Shown here: positions 27,011 to 39,695 of the stretch, piece by piece
Layout: every line of letters begins with the position of its first letter
Position numbering within the stretch: the stretch's first letter is position 1
Assembly (NCBI RefSeq): GCF_009834535.1
Contig: NC_045696.1
Location: 66,094,001 to 66,158,000 of the forward strand
DNA from: Camelus ferus
Taxonomy: Eukaryota
Direction: 5' to 3'
DNA: 64,000 bases
Made by a program: the position numbers and the translations under genes
The notes under the pieces: generated by a model
What the model was told of the DNA's origin: nothing
Databases searched by the model: none
What the model saw: only the letters and a program-made list of their open reading frames with translations

Positions 27011-28311
27011 GGTTTATTTTTGATTAAATTTTTTTCTTCCTTCCACCTTCTTTTAATCTTAAAGTATTATTTATTGGGTTCATTTGCTGTTATGTTACTC
27101 TTAGTTTAACTTTATTTCTGAAAAACAATTTATTATCTTTTAATTTTTTACCAAGTTGTGTAATTTCTGGACCTTTCTAATTCTTATTTTTTTGTTATTC
27201 TTCCTCATCTTGCATCACTTGGTAATGTCTTTGTTTCCATTTTTGAAATTGTAGGTTACAATGTGTCCTTCTGGCATGCTTTCATTTATTTTTTTCTACA
27301 GAAATGTTCTGCTTCTTATTCTCCTTTTTTCTTATAATTTTGAATAGGAATTTACCTTGATTTTTTTTTCTTTTTTTGGTTGCTCATTAGTATGTGAAAC
27401 TAGTTTTTTCTGAGCTTTAGAAATTGGCAGGATTTTCTAACTCCACAGAGATCCTTCTTCAAAACTGTGGTCTTGAGATTTCCTGACTCTGGCTCCTCCA
27501 TTTTTAGCCAATTCTCCTTCCTTCTCATATATTGTCCTGATCCTCTTTGCTTTGATTCCACTCCCAGTTGGTTCACCATACGTTCAGATGAGTACCTGCT
27601 GGCTTTTTGAGGTTCTGTTCTCAAGGCTACCAGATACCACATGATTTCCATCTGCTTCCTTCCCTATATATGCTGATTCTTTACAGGTCGTGTTGGTGAT
27701 TTACCTCATTTGCTTTATTGAAAGTGATTCTTGTGGATAGCTTATCACTGAGTTTTGTTTTAAATGATGTCCAGGAGTTTTTGGCTTTGGCTCAGGCAGA
27801 TATTTGAAGAGATTAAGAACAAGGCTGCTGCCACAAGTGCCAACCTTCCAACACTTTCATTTTGATTTCACTCTCCAAATTTCTTGGATGTGAAAGAGAC
27901 CACAGATGAACCGTGCCCACAAATGAGGGTAAACATGAAAATACATACAAGTAATATAATATACTACTGACTAACCAAAGAGTTGAAATTTGCCAGATTA
28001 ATTAGCAGCTCCTGACCTCACCCAGCAGTGAGTAGAAGTGGGCAGCATTTCTCAAACTGTATTTCATAAGAAGTTAACAGAAATCAGGTAGTTCTGGTAG
28101 TCCAGTGAATGTAATTTAAGACATGGTGAGCTGAGGCAAAGTGTCTTCACCACTTCCTTTAAAATGGTACAAAGTGAGAAAGATGCAATATATCTGTATA
28201 CAGTGATTATGAAATAAATTAAAAGTATGATGAGAAAAATCTATTTCTACATTGAGTCAACAAATAATCATTGCTTTTTTAGAAAGGGTAAATGACTTCT
28301 AATTTGCTTAC

Positions 28312-28498
28312 CATATACCAAGTGACAGTTGGTTTGACACTGGAGGGAAAAAATCCATCTACATTTGGACAAGTGATCTTCTGAACACCATATTCTAAAT
28401 ACAATCTTTGAACTGGGATTTTCATGGGAGAATTGAAGCAGCTATCTTTCTGAACAACTTCCAGAGGAAATGCAACTTTGCTGCAATATGTAGTGTTC
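28312..28498 (-). CDS. IL1RAP: IL1RAP coding exon (exon 5 equivalent), end of D1 and start of D2
   Basis: ccag|GAACACT...TATATG|gtaagc, 187 nt. Translates NTTYCSKVAFPLEVVQKDSCFNSPMKIPVQRLYLEYGVQKITCPNVDGFFPSSVKPTVTWYM. Confidence 0.98.
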
Positions 28499-28775
28499 CT
28501 GGAAAGAGAAACATGCAATGAATGGGAAGTCTCATTTGCATTTTTCATACAGTTAAACACATTAAAATGAGCGAAGTGAAGTACTGCTATGTTTTGAGAC
28601 TTGATATCTCAAGTTTGTGTAACAAATGTGTTACGGAGATATTTCCTATACCAATTAACATCACAGAATAAAAACAGACACAATTAACTATGATCGATAT
28701 ACTAAAATGTGTACATTTTTAGACATGTTCCTAAACATATATATGTGATATGTATGTGAGTGTGTGTGTGTGTAT

Positions 28776-28851
28776 AATGTTTTAAGGGTGAAATTACATA
28801 TATATATATTTATATACAAATATATGTATTTAATTTTACCCTTAAAATATT
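28776..28851. repeat. Inverted repeat, 32-bp stem and 12-nt loop
   Basis: 28776-28807 pairs with 28820-28851; hand count gives 28 Watson-Crick pairs, 3 G:T and 1 mismatch. Confidence 0.9.
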
Positions 28852-29934
28852 CTCAATGATACTCAGTGCTGGAAAGGCAAAGGTGAGAATAGCATATTAA
28901 CTCATGTCTGATAATGGTATAAATAACTTTTAGAAAACAAGTACGTCTCCAAAGCCTTTAAAAAAAGCCTTACTTTTGCCCTAGTAATCCTATTTCTGGA
29001 GATTTTTTTCCCAAACGGAGGAAAGGAAAAGTGAAAATAGAGAGAGCACGTGATCAGAAATGCCCATCCAGTGCTCTACTAGCAAGGAAAACGCTGGAAT
29101 CAGTAGAAAAACCTATGTAAAGGACGATCATAAAGGAAATCATGGTACAATCACTCAAAGTTATTGTACACATCTATTAAAAAAAAATCAAACAAGAAGG
29201 GGGAAAGAAAAACCTAACAAACACATAAAACATGTTAAGATGGCTAGGGAACTGTATTTATATTTGTAATGTTTGTAGACAATGACGTTTTATCTGCCTG
29301 GAAGGTTCTTCTCCCATCGCCCACCCCACCCTTCACACAGAGGTCTATGCCATTCTCTATGCACCCCCCACATCTAAATCAGGTCTCTCATTCTCAGCAC
29401 CTTGGACAATTCCTTAATTGACTGTATCATAATTCAAACAAAGGTATGACCATGTGTGTTTTCTTTTTATTTCTTATATCTAGCGCAGTGTTCAAGCTTT
29501 CAGTAGGCACTGAATAAATATTTGTTAGATAAATGGAATGTATGTAAAACTGTGTCTATATATAGGAAAACAATAAAGGGAACATAGATAATAAAAGATC
29601 AGTAATTTTTTAGGGTGATGTGTGATTGGGTCATTCACTGTCCACTTTTTTGTGTGATTTCTATTTAAGACATATTACATAATTAATAACTCATGAATTA
29701 AGATTAAATACAATGGAAGGTTTGGGGAATGCATTCCTCTCCCCAAGATGGGAGGGGAGGATGATTAAAAATGTCTCATGACAGTGGTAATAAGATGGAA
29801 AGAGTGGGAGGCATAATCTTTACCTACAAATAACAAAAGGTCTACTTTTGAGGAAGTATTCTAAAGGTAGAAGTTACAGAAGGTACATTTCAGCTTAACA
29901 AAGTCATGATCAATGGTTAGACTGACTTTTCCAG

Positions 29935-30185
29935 CTCCCTAATCCAATAAAACTGATGTTCTCATAAGAAGGAGGAGATTAGGACACTGAAGAAGAGGGG
30001 AGATGAGATGAAGACATGGAGAGAAGGTGTCCATCTACAAACCAAGGAGAGGTAAATGAAACCAACCCTGCTGACACCTTGCTCTTTGAATTCTAGCCTC
30101 CAGGACTGTGACAAAACATATTAAACACATTTCCATTGTTTAAGCCACCCAATAGGTGGTATTTAGTGAAGGCAGTCCTAGTAAA
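29935..30185 (+). mobile_element. MaLR LTR (MLT1B-like)
   Basis: aaccaaccctgctgacaccttg..ttctagcctccaggactgtga..ttgtttaagccaccca. Confidence 0.85.
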
Positions 30186-31013
30186 GCCATTGAACTTATT
30201 AAATAGCAGGAAAAAAATCCATAAACCAGATGAGAGTTTAAAAAACAAGTTAAGTTTGGAAGCTAAAAAGGGACCTTGGGAAAAAAGTGGTCAAAGAATT
30301 AAGCTTTAAAATGGCTACTCTTCAGAGGAGCCTCAGTTTTTAAAAGATTTTTCTCAGAGCAAAAGCAACATTAATATTTTGCAAAAGAAATGTAGATACA
30401 TTGTGAAGTGAAATGAAACATCTACATGAACTTTCAGGGAAAAAACATGGATCTGAAAGGACTTTTGCAGTAATGATGGGGGCTTTGGAGTATATTCTTA
30501 GATTCCCAGAGATCTGGTATTCATTTGCTCGTTAGAGGAATATTGGTGGAAAAGCTTGAAAAGCGCCATTCTAAGTACATTTGATGCCTCTCAAGTATTC
30601 TTTCCTCTCGGTGGCATCCTGAGCTTTTATTCTGTGCCTGGCACTTTAAAAGCTGCCAAGAATAACAGAAACGAATGGGTTCTGCCACCTGTCCTGCTCA
30701 TTGTCTAGGTGAGGCTGAAACGTAGGCAGGTTCCAGTGTCAGAGAAAGGGTACAAATGAATGAGGCTCCACCTCTAAACAACCCTTATACACATCAGGTT
30801 TGGAAAGGAACCACCCTACAGAGAATGTTCTCAGAGGTACAACCATTTTCTCTGCATGTATCTTTCAGCCAAACTCAGCTAAGCCAACAAGGTGCATAAC
30901 TCTTCCTAGATGCTTCCTTCCTGCCCTCCCCAGCTCCACAGCACATGCATTATCTGAATAAAGGCTCAGGAATGAAAAGGGAAAGACAAAGTCACCAGCA
31001 AGAGTCAGGCTAC

Positions 31014-31299
31014 CTTAGCATGCAGGTGTAGTTGCCAGTGTCATTGAGGAGGGTGGGCCGGAACCAGAGCACATCCTTCTCCTTACTAATGCGGTTCTCA
31101 GGGAGGCGGAAGTTAATTGGCTCCTCAAGGTCCCGGTCCTGCCTCGTCCAATACCAGATCAGAGTAAGGCCCGCCGAGTGGGCTGTGCTGTAGTTGTACT
31201 TCAAGAAGTGTTCAAAGAGCGGGCACTTGATGCGAGCCGGCTCATCTTCAAACACTTGGATCTGCCTCATGGTATCTAGTCCCCAGTCATCGCAGCGTT
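31014..31299 (-). CDS. IL1RAP: IL1RAP coding exon (human exon 4 equivalent), Ig domain D1
   Basis: ccag|AACGCTGC...CTAAG|gtagcc, 286 nt. Translates (E)RCDDWGLDTMRQIQVFEDEPARIKCPLFEHFLKYNYSTAHSAGLTLIWYWTRQDRDLEEPINFRLPENRISKEKDVLWFRPTLLNDTGNYTCMLR. Confidence 0.98.
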
Positions 31300-31699
31300 C
31301 TGGAACAATCAGAAAGGAAGAAAAGGCAGTTGAGTCATCTCACCTCCAGAGAACACACCTTCTTCTCAAGATACCCCAGTCTTTTCCAGGACCCTCTTCT
31401 CTGGTCATGGTCATTAGCATCTCTCTCATAAATGCATGTAATAGGCAGCTGTGGTGTGAAGAGATGACTTCCCCTCATTCCTTTATCATCTTTGGACTAT
31501 CTCTTGGGTAATAATATGATCTGATAGCTTGATCCTGCTGAATTCTAGAAGGTGTGCAGGAGAATCTCACCTGGAAAAGAAGCCACGTGCTTTCACTCCT
31601 CTGGGGACAAGGGAGGTTCTCAGGAGAAAATTACAACCGAAAAGACAACCCTCTAAGACTCCAAGTTCTCCCCTGGCCTCCTGATTTGGGGACTACATC

Positions 31700-31980
31700 T
31701 GCACTGCCAAATAGCAATAAAATATGAGCCACACAGTTCATTTTAGATGCCCTAGTTGCCACATTAAAGAAGTAAAAGAAGCAAGTGAAATTATTTTTTA
31801 TAAAGTATTTTGGTAAACTTGAAATACCCAAAACATCACAAAATATTAATAAGCTATTTTATATTTACATTCTTTTTTGGGGGTAATAAGTCTTCAAAAT
31901 TCAATATATTTTACCCTTACAGCACATCTCAATTTGGGCTAGTCATGCATGTCTATTGGTACTAGATTAGACAGCCCAAA
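31700..31980. mobile_element. MER33/MER3-like hAT-Charlie element
   Basis: ctagttgccacattaaagaagtaaaagaagcaagtgaaattat..cttacagcacatctcaatttgggctag. Confidence 0.8.
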
Positions 31981-32004
31981 CTGACTAAAAATACCCAGGG
32001 AATC

Positions 32005-32270
32005 TGATTAGTAAATAAGAGACCACGTGGAGTAGAGCTGAGGCACTCCAGCTGGCAGCTGCCCGCTCCAGAAGCACAGCTGGCAGGCCTTTCCACAGCA
32101 GACCAAAGATGCAAGAGCAAGCCCAGCCTGCATCGACGGGGCCAAGTTTATGTCAGCAGAGCTGCCCAGGCAATCTATAGACTTACGAGCAAAAATACAT
32201 GTGTAATAAATTAAATGAAGTGTGTGGTTGTTAGGCAACATTTTGGGGGCAGCGGATAACTGATAGAACA
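32005..32270 (+). mobile_element. MaLR LTR fragment (MLT1F/G/H-like)
   Basis: gagaccacgtggagtagagctgaggcactccagc...gcagcggataactgata. Confidence 0.6.
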
Positions 32271-33559
32271 ACTAAATTAGTGGCTGCTTTAGTTTTGATA
32301 AAAACTAAAGAATTTGAAGCTTTAGGACTTGCAAAAGGCTTGTAAGTGGGCAATAAATTCCTAAGTAAATAAATAGATCTCTGGGAAATTTAACAAACTG
32401 ACTTTTCCAAGACTCAACAAATTACTATTAGTTATAATGGCTATGCTTTCATTTAGAAACATCTTTTAAAATCCAACACACAGAGAAAAGAACTGGAAAG
32501 ATCAAAATGTTCACATTCATATAAATGGTAATAAAATATTTTTTATAAAACATCTATCTTTTAACACTCGTTAAATATATTTTCATTAAAACCACAACAT
32601 TGCAGAATTGGCTCATTTAGTTTATAGGAAATTATAACCACCATTTTTCAGATAAATATATCAGATTAAGTATATGCATCCAATTTCACTCCTTTATGAA
32701 ACTCCACTAAAACTAAAATAACTTTTCAGTACATAACCCCAAGTAATAGCAAGAACAGAGGACAAGAGCAACATCAAAATGGACAAGTGGTGACCAGCCT
32801 GGCCCATTTAAAATGAAAAATCCCAAGTGAGGAAGGGAAAGCTAGAGAACAAACCAATGTGTAATGCAGAAAGCAGAAAAGACCCAGGAGGAGAAACTAT
32901 CACACTAAGATAAGTAATCACTTGTGCTGTACACCCAATATTTCTGGGTTTTCTTCCTAGGTATTTTGTAAGATTTTACTTTTATGCTTTTCTGAAAAAA
33001 GGAGATGCCACGTGACTCACTTTGGCTAATGCAATGTAGTGAGCATCACCTGTGGTGGGTGTTTTAAGGGCCAAAGCATCATGCTTCCTTTTCTTCTGCC
33101 CTGGCAAATACGAAAGCAGAGAGATTGAGACTCCTTTAGCTTGGTTCCCTTGATATGCAAGTCATAGAGCAGAGCTTTGCTATGTTAAGTCATAGAGAAA
33201 TGAAATTTACTGGTTACAAATATGAATAATCCGTCCTATCTTGGCAAATGTAACCAGTTACCTTAAAAATGGGCACATGGGGAGAGTGGTAAATAAGGAG
33301 AATCGGATGATTCTCTTACGTCAAAAAGGGATGTCCTTTGTTCCAATCCTACTCTCCTAGCACTCGGTAACCTTTCCTGCTGAGTTCCAAGGATAGGGGC
33401 AGCCAGGCCCTCTAGGCAGGAGAGTGAGTGAATCTTCTGTAGGAAATACGACTACCTTAGGGAGAAAGATCGAACAGTCTTGGTCCCCGAGGTTCCTTGA
33501 CAAATTGTGTAGGTACATCATCCAGCAGAAAAGCTCAAGGTTAACAAGCCTCACACTCA

Positions 33560-35180
33560 CATTCAGAATTTTTAATCAGCTTCTTAATTACTTCTTCTTA
33601 AATATGAACAGATAGCCTTGGAGACATCTGAGAAAAATCTCTTTATTACTATAAAAGGTAACATCCAAAGAAACTTTGTAAAAGCAAATTTGAGAAAACC
33701 AAGATTATTCAAGAAAAAGAAATCTTAAGGAAAAAAATATCATTAACATCCTCAGAGAAATAAGGAAGCTTTTACATTTATGAAGCAAGAATGGGATGAT
33801 ATAACAAAGGAATATTCAGAGAAAAAGCTCATTAAAATTAAAAACATGGTTAAAGAATGGTTTATTTGGAATTTAAACTTGATAATTTCTTAAAAGTACA
33901 GTAAAAAGAAAAATAAACAGAAAATAAGCAAGGAAGTTAGAAGACCAGTCCAGGAGTCTCTACATCCCGGTAAGAAGAGTCACAGAAAATTTAAAAAAAA
34001 TTAAAGAAAAAAAGAAGAAGAAAGAAAATTCCCAATTAAGTAATTCAAAGCAAAAACAAATTCCAGAACTGAAGTACCTAAATTAAAAGGACCTGTCAAT
34101 TGCTCTGGCAGAGTTGATGAAAATAGACTTACACTACAAAAATACTTTTAAAACCTGTGGATGGAAAAAGAAAAGATTCTATAAACTAGCAGCAAGTAGG
34201 AAAAGGAAAAAAACAGTCACATACAAAAGAGTAGGAATCGGAGTAGCTTTGAAACTCTCAAAAATAAGACTGGAAACTGGAAGATAGTAAAGCAATACAT
34301 CGACAGGAAAATTATTTCCAATCTTGAATATAATCCCAATGAAACAATTAAGTGTGACAGTAATTTTATCTCTTATATGCTCTTTATCAAGACGCTTCTG
34401 GGGGATTTATGTTAACAAAATGAGAGAAAGAGCAAGAAAGATGAAAACATGAGATCAAGGAATAAGGGATCCAATTAAAGAGAGAGGGGAACGGATTCCC
34501 AGAATACCAATGAAGGCGACCCTAGGATAGCAACTTTGCAGTAGGGCTTGGTGGCAAATCAGTGTAAGTAGAAAAAAGTAGAAATCCCCAATAAAGAAAA
34601 AAATTTATAATTGATTATCTATAACTGGATTGTAACTGGATGGTCTGATTAGATCAGCACTATGAAAAATTATGCTGAAAGGCGATTGAAAAGTATGAAA
34701 AAAAAACAGTTACCAAAAGATGTAATTTATTAAAGTGAGCATATGAAAGCAAGGCAATTAATAACTTCAAAAGATGAAAAGTGGAATAATCAAAGTTCAT
34801 TAATATTTGAAGACATATTAATTAAATTATTATTGATTCAACCACATATTGCAGTAGTATTATGTAGAGAGGAATGAGTAAGGGAAGCAAAAGGGATAGC
34901 AGGTTCAGGGAGACAATCCTTATTTACTATATTTTAAAAAATGAAAAGATAATGCATAGGGTTGACTAAATGAAAAGTAACCATATACACAAATTGGTTA
35001 TCAAACGATAGATGGGAAATGCTAGAAGAAATAAATACAATACTGAAAAATGATCTCTGAAGAAGAGAACTAGTGGGAATGAGGAAAATTAAGACAAAAA
35101 GGATACAATTATTTTGTTATGCCTTTTAATATACTGGCCTTAAAAACCTCTGTGTAAGATTTGCTTTGAAAATAATTAAA
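33560..35180 (+). mobile_element. Old degenerate L1 (L1MC/ME-like) fragments
   Basis: Long A-rich tract with ORF1-like remnants, e.g. gtcacatacaaaagagtaggaatc and ctggaaactggaagatag. Boundaries are approximate. Confidence 0.6.
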
Positions 35181-36021
35181 ATATTAATTAGGGGAAAAAA
35201 AAGAAAGGAAGGGAGGATGGAAGGCAATATCCACCATGCAATATGATTGGCAAAGTCATTCTCAGTGTCAAATCATCTTAATTATGCCTACTTTCTGTGA
35301 GAAAAAGGTATTGATTTCATTTCTTTTCATTCCAAAAATTGTATTAATATGGATTGGCATGGCAGTCATTCACTTTTGAATTATAAAGTATAGTTTAAAA
35401 GAGAAAGAGGGAGACAGTCGGCAGCTGATGAAGTCTAGAATTGTACTACACTAAGTTTGTTGTCTGGATGAAATAGGATGCTACTGCCTTCTGTATTTCA
35501 TAAAAAATACTCTTTATGCTGTTCCTAAAGGCATTTCTCTCAAGAGTTCAAGACTATTCAAACTTGGATGATTTTAGATGCAAGGTTATGAAATGAAAAA
35601 TAGCATCCTTCCTGCAACCCCACTCTACAGTATATCCTAATTCAGATCACCCCAACTTGGGTCAGTAGACCGCAGTTCTGATATCATGGCTCATTCTCAA
35701 CAGGAACACTGGTAAATTGGAGAGCATGAGGAAGCCCTTCTGGTGGGTAATGGTACTTGGATTAAAGGAGACTTTCTGACATCAATGATACAAATTGTCA
35801 CTTTGGCCCTGGGAAGTCTTTATGGCCCTAAGTAATGATTAATAGTAGGATAGATGATAAGTGACAGGTGGATCTTCCTTTTGTAAACTAGGAGAATGCT
35901 AATTGTGAAAAAGGAGATGGAAAAAGCGTGCTAGTGTAACATCTCAACCACAAGCATGGACTTGGGCAGATCAATTTAGGAAGAAATAGGAAATGGAATT
36001 TTGGTAATCACTGGGGCAGAC

Positions 36022-36460
36022 TGTGGCAGAGCCTGGCTAACTATTCATTAATCTTGTTTCCTTGATCCATAAGCAAACTACATATCCGTAGAAATTGAGT
36101 TGGGACCATACGATTTGGTTCTGACCAATGAACGTGGCCACAAATGCCTAATAACTTGAAACTCCCAGAACAATCTTTGGTGCTTTCTCTTTCCCTTCCA
36201 TGGGGTCCTTGAAGGCCAGAAATTTTTGAAAAAAAAAAATTTTTTTGAAAAAAAAAAAAATTTTTGAAAATTTTGAAAAATTTTGAAAAAATCGCAAGAT
36301 GGAAGGAGCTTGGATTCCTGTCGTTGGTCAGAGCAGAGCTTCTCAGGAAAGCCATCTCACTCCCGAGGAATTGTGATTGAGCAAAAAATAACCTCTACTG
36401 TGTTAAGCCACTGAGATTTGGGGAACATATTTATTATAGCAACCAGTATTGACTAACAAA
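36022..36460 (+). mobile_element. MaLR LTR (MLT1I/J-like)
   Basis: tgtggcagagcctggct...caagatggaaggagcttgg...ctgtgttaagccactgagatttgggg. Confidence 0.75.
36219..36292. repeat. Tandem G-A(n)-T(m) low-complexity array
   Basis: Six units of gA(3-13)T(1-7), read directly. Confidence 0.85.
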
Positions 36461-39009
36461 AAAGGGCAGACTTATCCGTTCATAACATAACTTAATAAAT
36501 CAAGAGCAGACAGAGTTAGTTTTAAAATAGCACTTGTTAAAGGCCCTTACATACTAAAATTTAAATACAGATCAATCACCAAGATTTTTGACTGATTCCA
36601 TAGACTTAATATCTTTTAACATCAACCAAATTAGACGCAATACAGTGTCAAGGGGAAAAGACATCATTATACCTGCTATGTATCTCCCTTGAAAAATATT
36701 TCATAGGCCAAATGTATATAAAGAATCAGACTCTTTTATAATAGGGATCAAATACACACATATTAGAATTCATAAACATTAGCAAAAATGATACTGAGTT
36801 TTTTCTTTGCAGTATTTGCCCATTTGAAATTAGTGCTGTGGGTTTTTTGAGTTTCTCGAGCCAGCCACCTGAGGGCATTTTGTCAGAGCTTTTTAAATTA
36901 TTCAATGAACAAATAAAAATAAAATCTATGGCAACGGGCTGGAGTGTCATGTAATACCAAATTAATTATATGACTCACTGCAGGCACCAGCCGAAGAAAA
37001 GACTAGGGGAAAGGCTGGTATGCAAATAGATTGTCTCTAATAACAGCAAAGGGAATTTAGTGAATTATTGGCATGGTGAATTACTTTTTTGTTTAAAATG
37101 TCCCTTCTTATCCAGTTTACTCCATAGTGGAAGTCTTCTCTACATCGGGAACATGGGGAAACCACAAAGTCATCATTCCCCTCCGCCAAAGGATTTCTTA
37201 AGGCTGCTGTTGGTGGCACAGAGGACTAATGGAAATGCGCAAAGCCGCCACAAAGCCAAGTCACTGGAAAACCCAACCCACGCTCCCGACAGCAATTAGC
37301 ATTTATATAGCAGGGTATACATTTTAACTAATTAACCTCACAACACCCTCGTGGGCTTTCATGCCCATTCCCACATTACATGCCAGGAAACCAAGACAGA
37401 GAGATTAATTGACTTACTTTTGCCTGAGTGGTAACACAAGTAAAAGCTGCCTGAACGTGGATCTGGGAGGCTTGTCCCAAAGCTATGTTCCCATATTCAA
37501 AGCAAGACATTTCTCACAGGAAAGCTACTCATATATTTGTATTTATTAAATATTTACGGAAAACCTGCTGCGAGCAAGGCACTGTGCTGGGTGCTATGGT
37601 AGAGAAACATGTAGATATAAGAACTCAAGTTCAGCTATAGTGGCGAAAAAAAGAGGAGAAGTTTTAAATATTAGAAGACTTAAGGTGGAATTAGCTTTTA
37701 TATGTAATTATTTTCCCTGTGCCACTTGCTTGCCAGATGACGCTGGGCAAAATGCTTCCCCCCTCAAATTCAGATTCTCCGTGTGTAGGACGCCCATCTT
37801 GCAGTGCTGCATGGGAATCAAAGGGCCAGACGTATGAAAGTAGCTCGTGCATAACTGGCTGGAGCCGCACGATAAACCTGAATGAGTCCTTGTCCGCCAA
37901 GAAGTTAACAATCTTAGAAAACAAAGACATAGACACAAAATTAATTAAAGAAAAATACTTGGTAGAATGAATGAACCAACTTAAAACAGGCTTCCCTGCC
38001 TACACTACAGTCGTATTAGCATACTATAATATAGTATAGCATAGTCTATGTAGAGTGTGGGTGGAGGTGGTAGTCCTGAGATTGGATTGAGATAAGAACC
38101 AGGACCTTTTAATACCCCACCCTGGAACCCAGTGTGGACAAAGCCACTTTAAAAACTCCCATCAACATGATCTAGTGTTCCTATCTAAGCGTGAGGGCAA
38201 GGACTAAGTCTACTGGAAGGGCTGGTTTTACAACCATTCTGGTCGTTTTGATTAACTTTGTTTTTCTAGCCATATATATGGTACTCCTCAGGAAACATTA
38301 GCCTGGGATTATGATCTGGAGAAAATCCAAGGTGTGAGCAAACTGGTGAGGCTGGGTAGCAACACTGAGTAGCATGAAGACAAAAATCAACAAAGTAAGT
38401 GTGGGCCAGTTTATGAAGCAAGATAAGAGTGTCCAACACAGAAACATTAGCAGGGGTCCTAATAGAGAAGGCATGTGGCACAGACCACAGGGCATCAGAG
38501 CTGGGGATATCAGACATGATTCAAAGGCAGGCTTTGACACCTATTAGCTTTATTAATTCGTTTAAAACCTATATACTGAGCACCCTATCATGTGCCAAGT
38601 ACTAAAGCAGGTGCTCAGGGTGCATGCGTGAATGAAACAAAGGTCTTACGGAGCTCACCTTCTAACGCAGGGATGAACATGCTAAATAAGAAAAGTATAG
38701 AGTACATTGTAAAGTGATAAGCCAATGGATCAAAGAAAAGCATTGAACGTGGTAAAAGGGATCAGGAATGAGGAGGTGGGGGAAGTCAGGAGTGTGTAAT
38801 GTTAAAGAAGATACTCAGGGAAAGTCCCTCAACCATTATAAACCTCAGTTTCCACATTCAAGAATAAAGATTATAATAGGACAGAGTAGCTGTGAGAACA
38901 GGATGAGCCTAGGATATAAAGTATCATAGAAACTATGAAGTTCTAGGCACGTACCATTTACAGTTAATCTGCGTGACCTTTGGAAAATGATTTCCTCTCT
39001 CTCCAGGTC

Positions 39010-39695
39010 TACGGCAGAGACTGTTAAACATGTCCCATTTTCCATGTCCCCACACTCTTCTTCTTCTAGGCAGCGTGGGAATTTTCAGTTGGGCACATAA
39101 CCATTCAGAATAAAGGCTGTATTTCCCAGCTTCCCTTTCACCTGGACACAATCAGGTGGCTAAGATCTGGTCAATGGAATATGTTTGAAATCCTCACATG
39201 GTAGATTGCAGAAACTTTCCTTGAGAAATACTGGCATACCCCTCTATTTCCTGTGATCTTGCTAGCACCCCATTTCTTCCACCTTGCTGCTGGGAACATG
39301 CCTGACAGCTGGAGCTACCTTATGGACCATGAGAATGAAGCCACACCCTAAAGATGGTGGAAAGGGAAAGGGAAAGGCCAGGGGACCTTGAATGAGGTAT
39401 GGAGCTGCCTTAGTAGCCCTGAACTTTCTGCCTCTAGATTTTACATGAGAAATATGTTATCTTCTAATGTCCTTGCTACTGACAGTGTGGCTCACGACCC
39501 GCTATCATCAGCAACATCCCTTGGGAGCTTGTCAGACCTGCAGACTTCCAGGCCCCAACAGACCTACTGAATCAGAATCTGACAGTTTAACAAGATCCCC
39601 AGGCGATTCATATGCACATTAACAATGGGGAAATTAATTTAAACCCCTGTGGAGCCTCTTTATTCACAGCTGATCATCATCCTAATTGATAACAA
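39010..39695 (+). mobile_element. MaLR LTR (MLT1K/J-like) interrupted by MER5A
   Basis: atttcccagcttccc..ctggtcaatggaatatg..ggaccatgagaatgaagcc..gaactttctgcctctagattttacatgagaaat. Confidence 0.7.
39470..39625. mobile_element. MER5A (hAT-Charlie MITE)
   Basis: cttgggagcttgtcag..agacctactgaatcagaatctg..tttaacaagatccccaggcgattcatatgcacattaa. Confidence 0.88.

Noticed and set aside
28279..28311. Exon 5 read-through (VSKLEVIYPF*) as another soluble isoform
   Set aside because: The donor is a strong gtaag, I saw no close polyA signal, and the product would end in the middle of an Ig domain.
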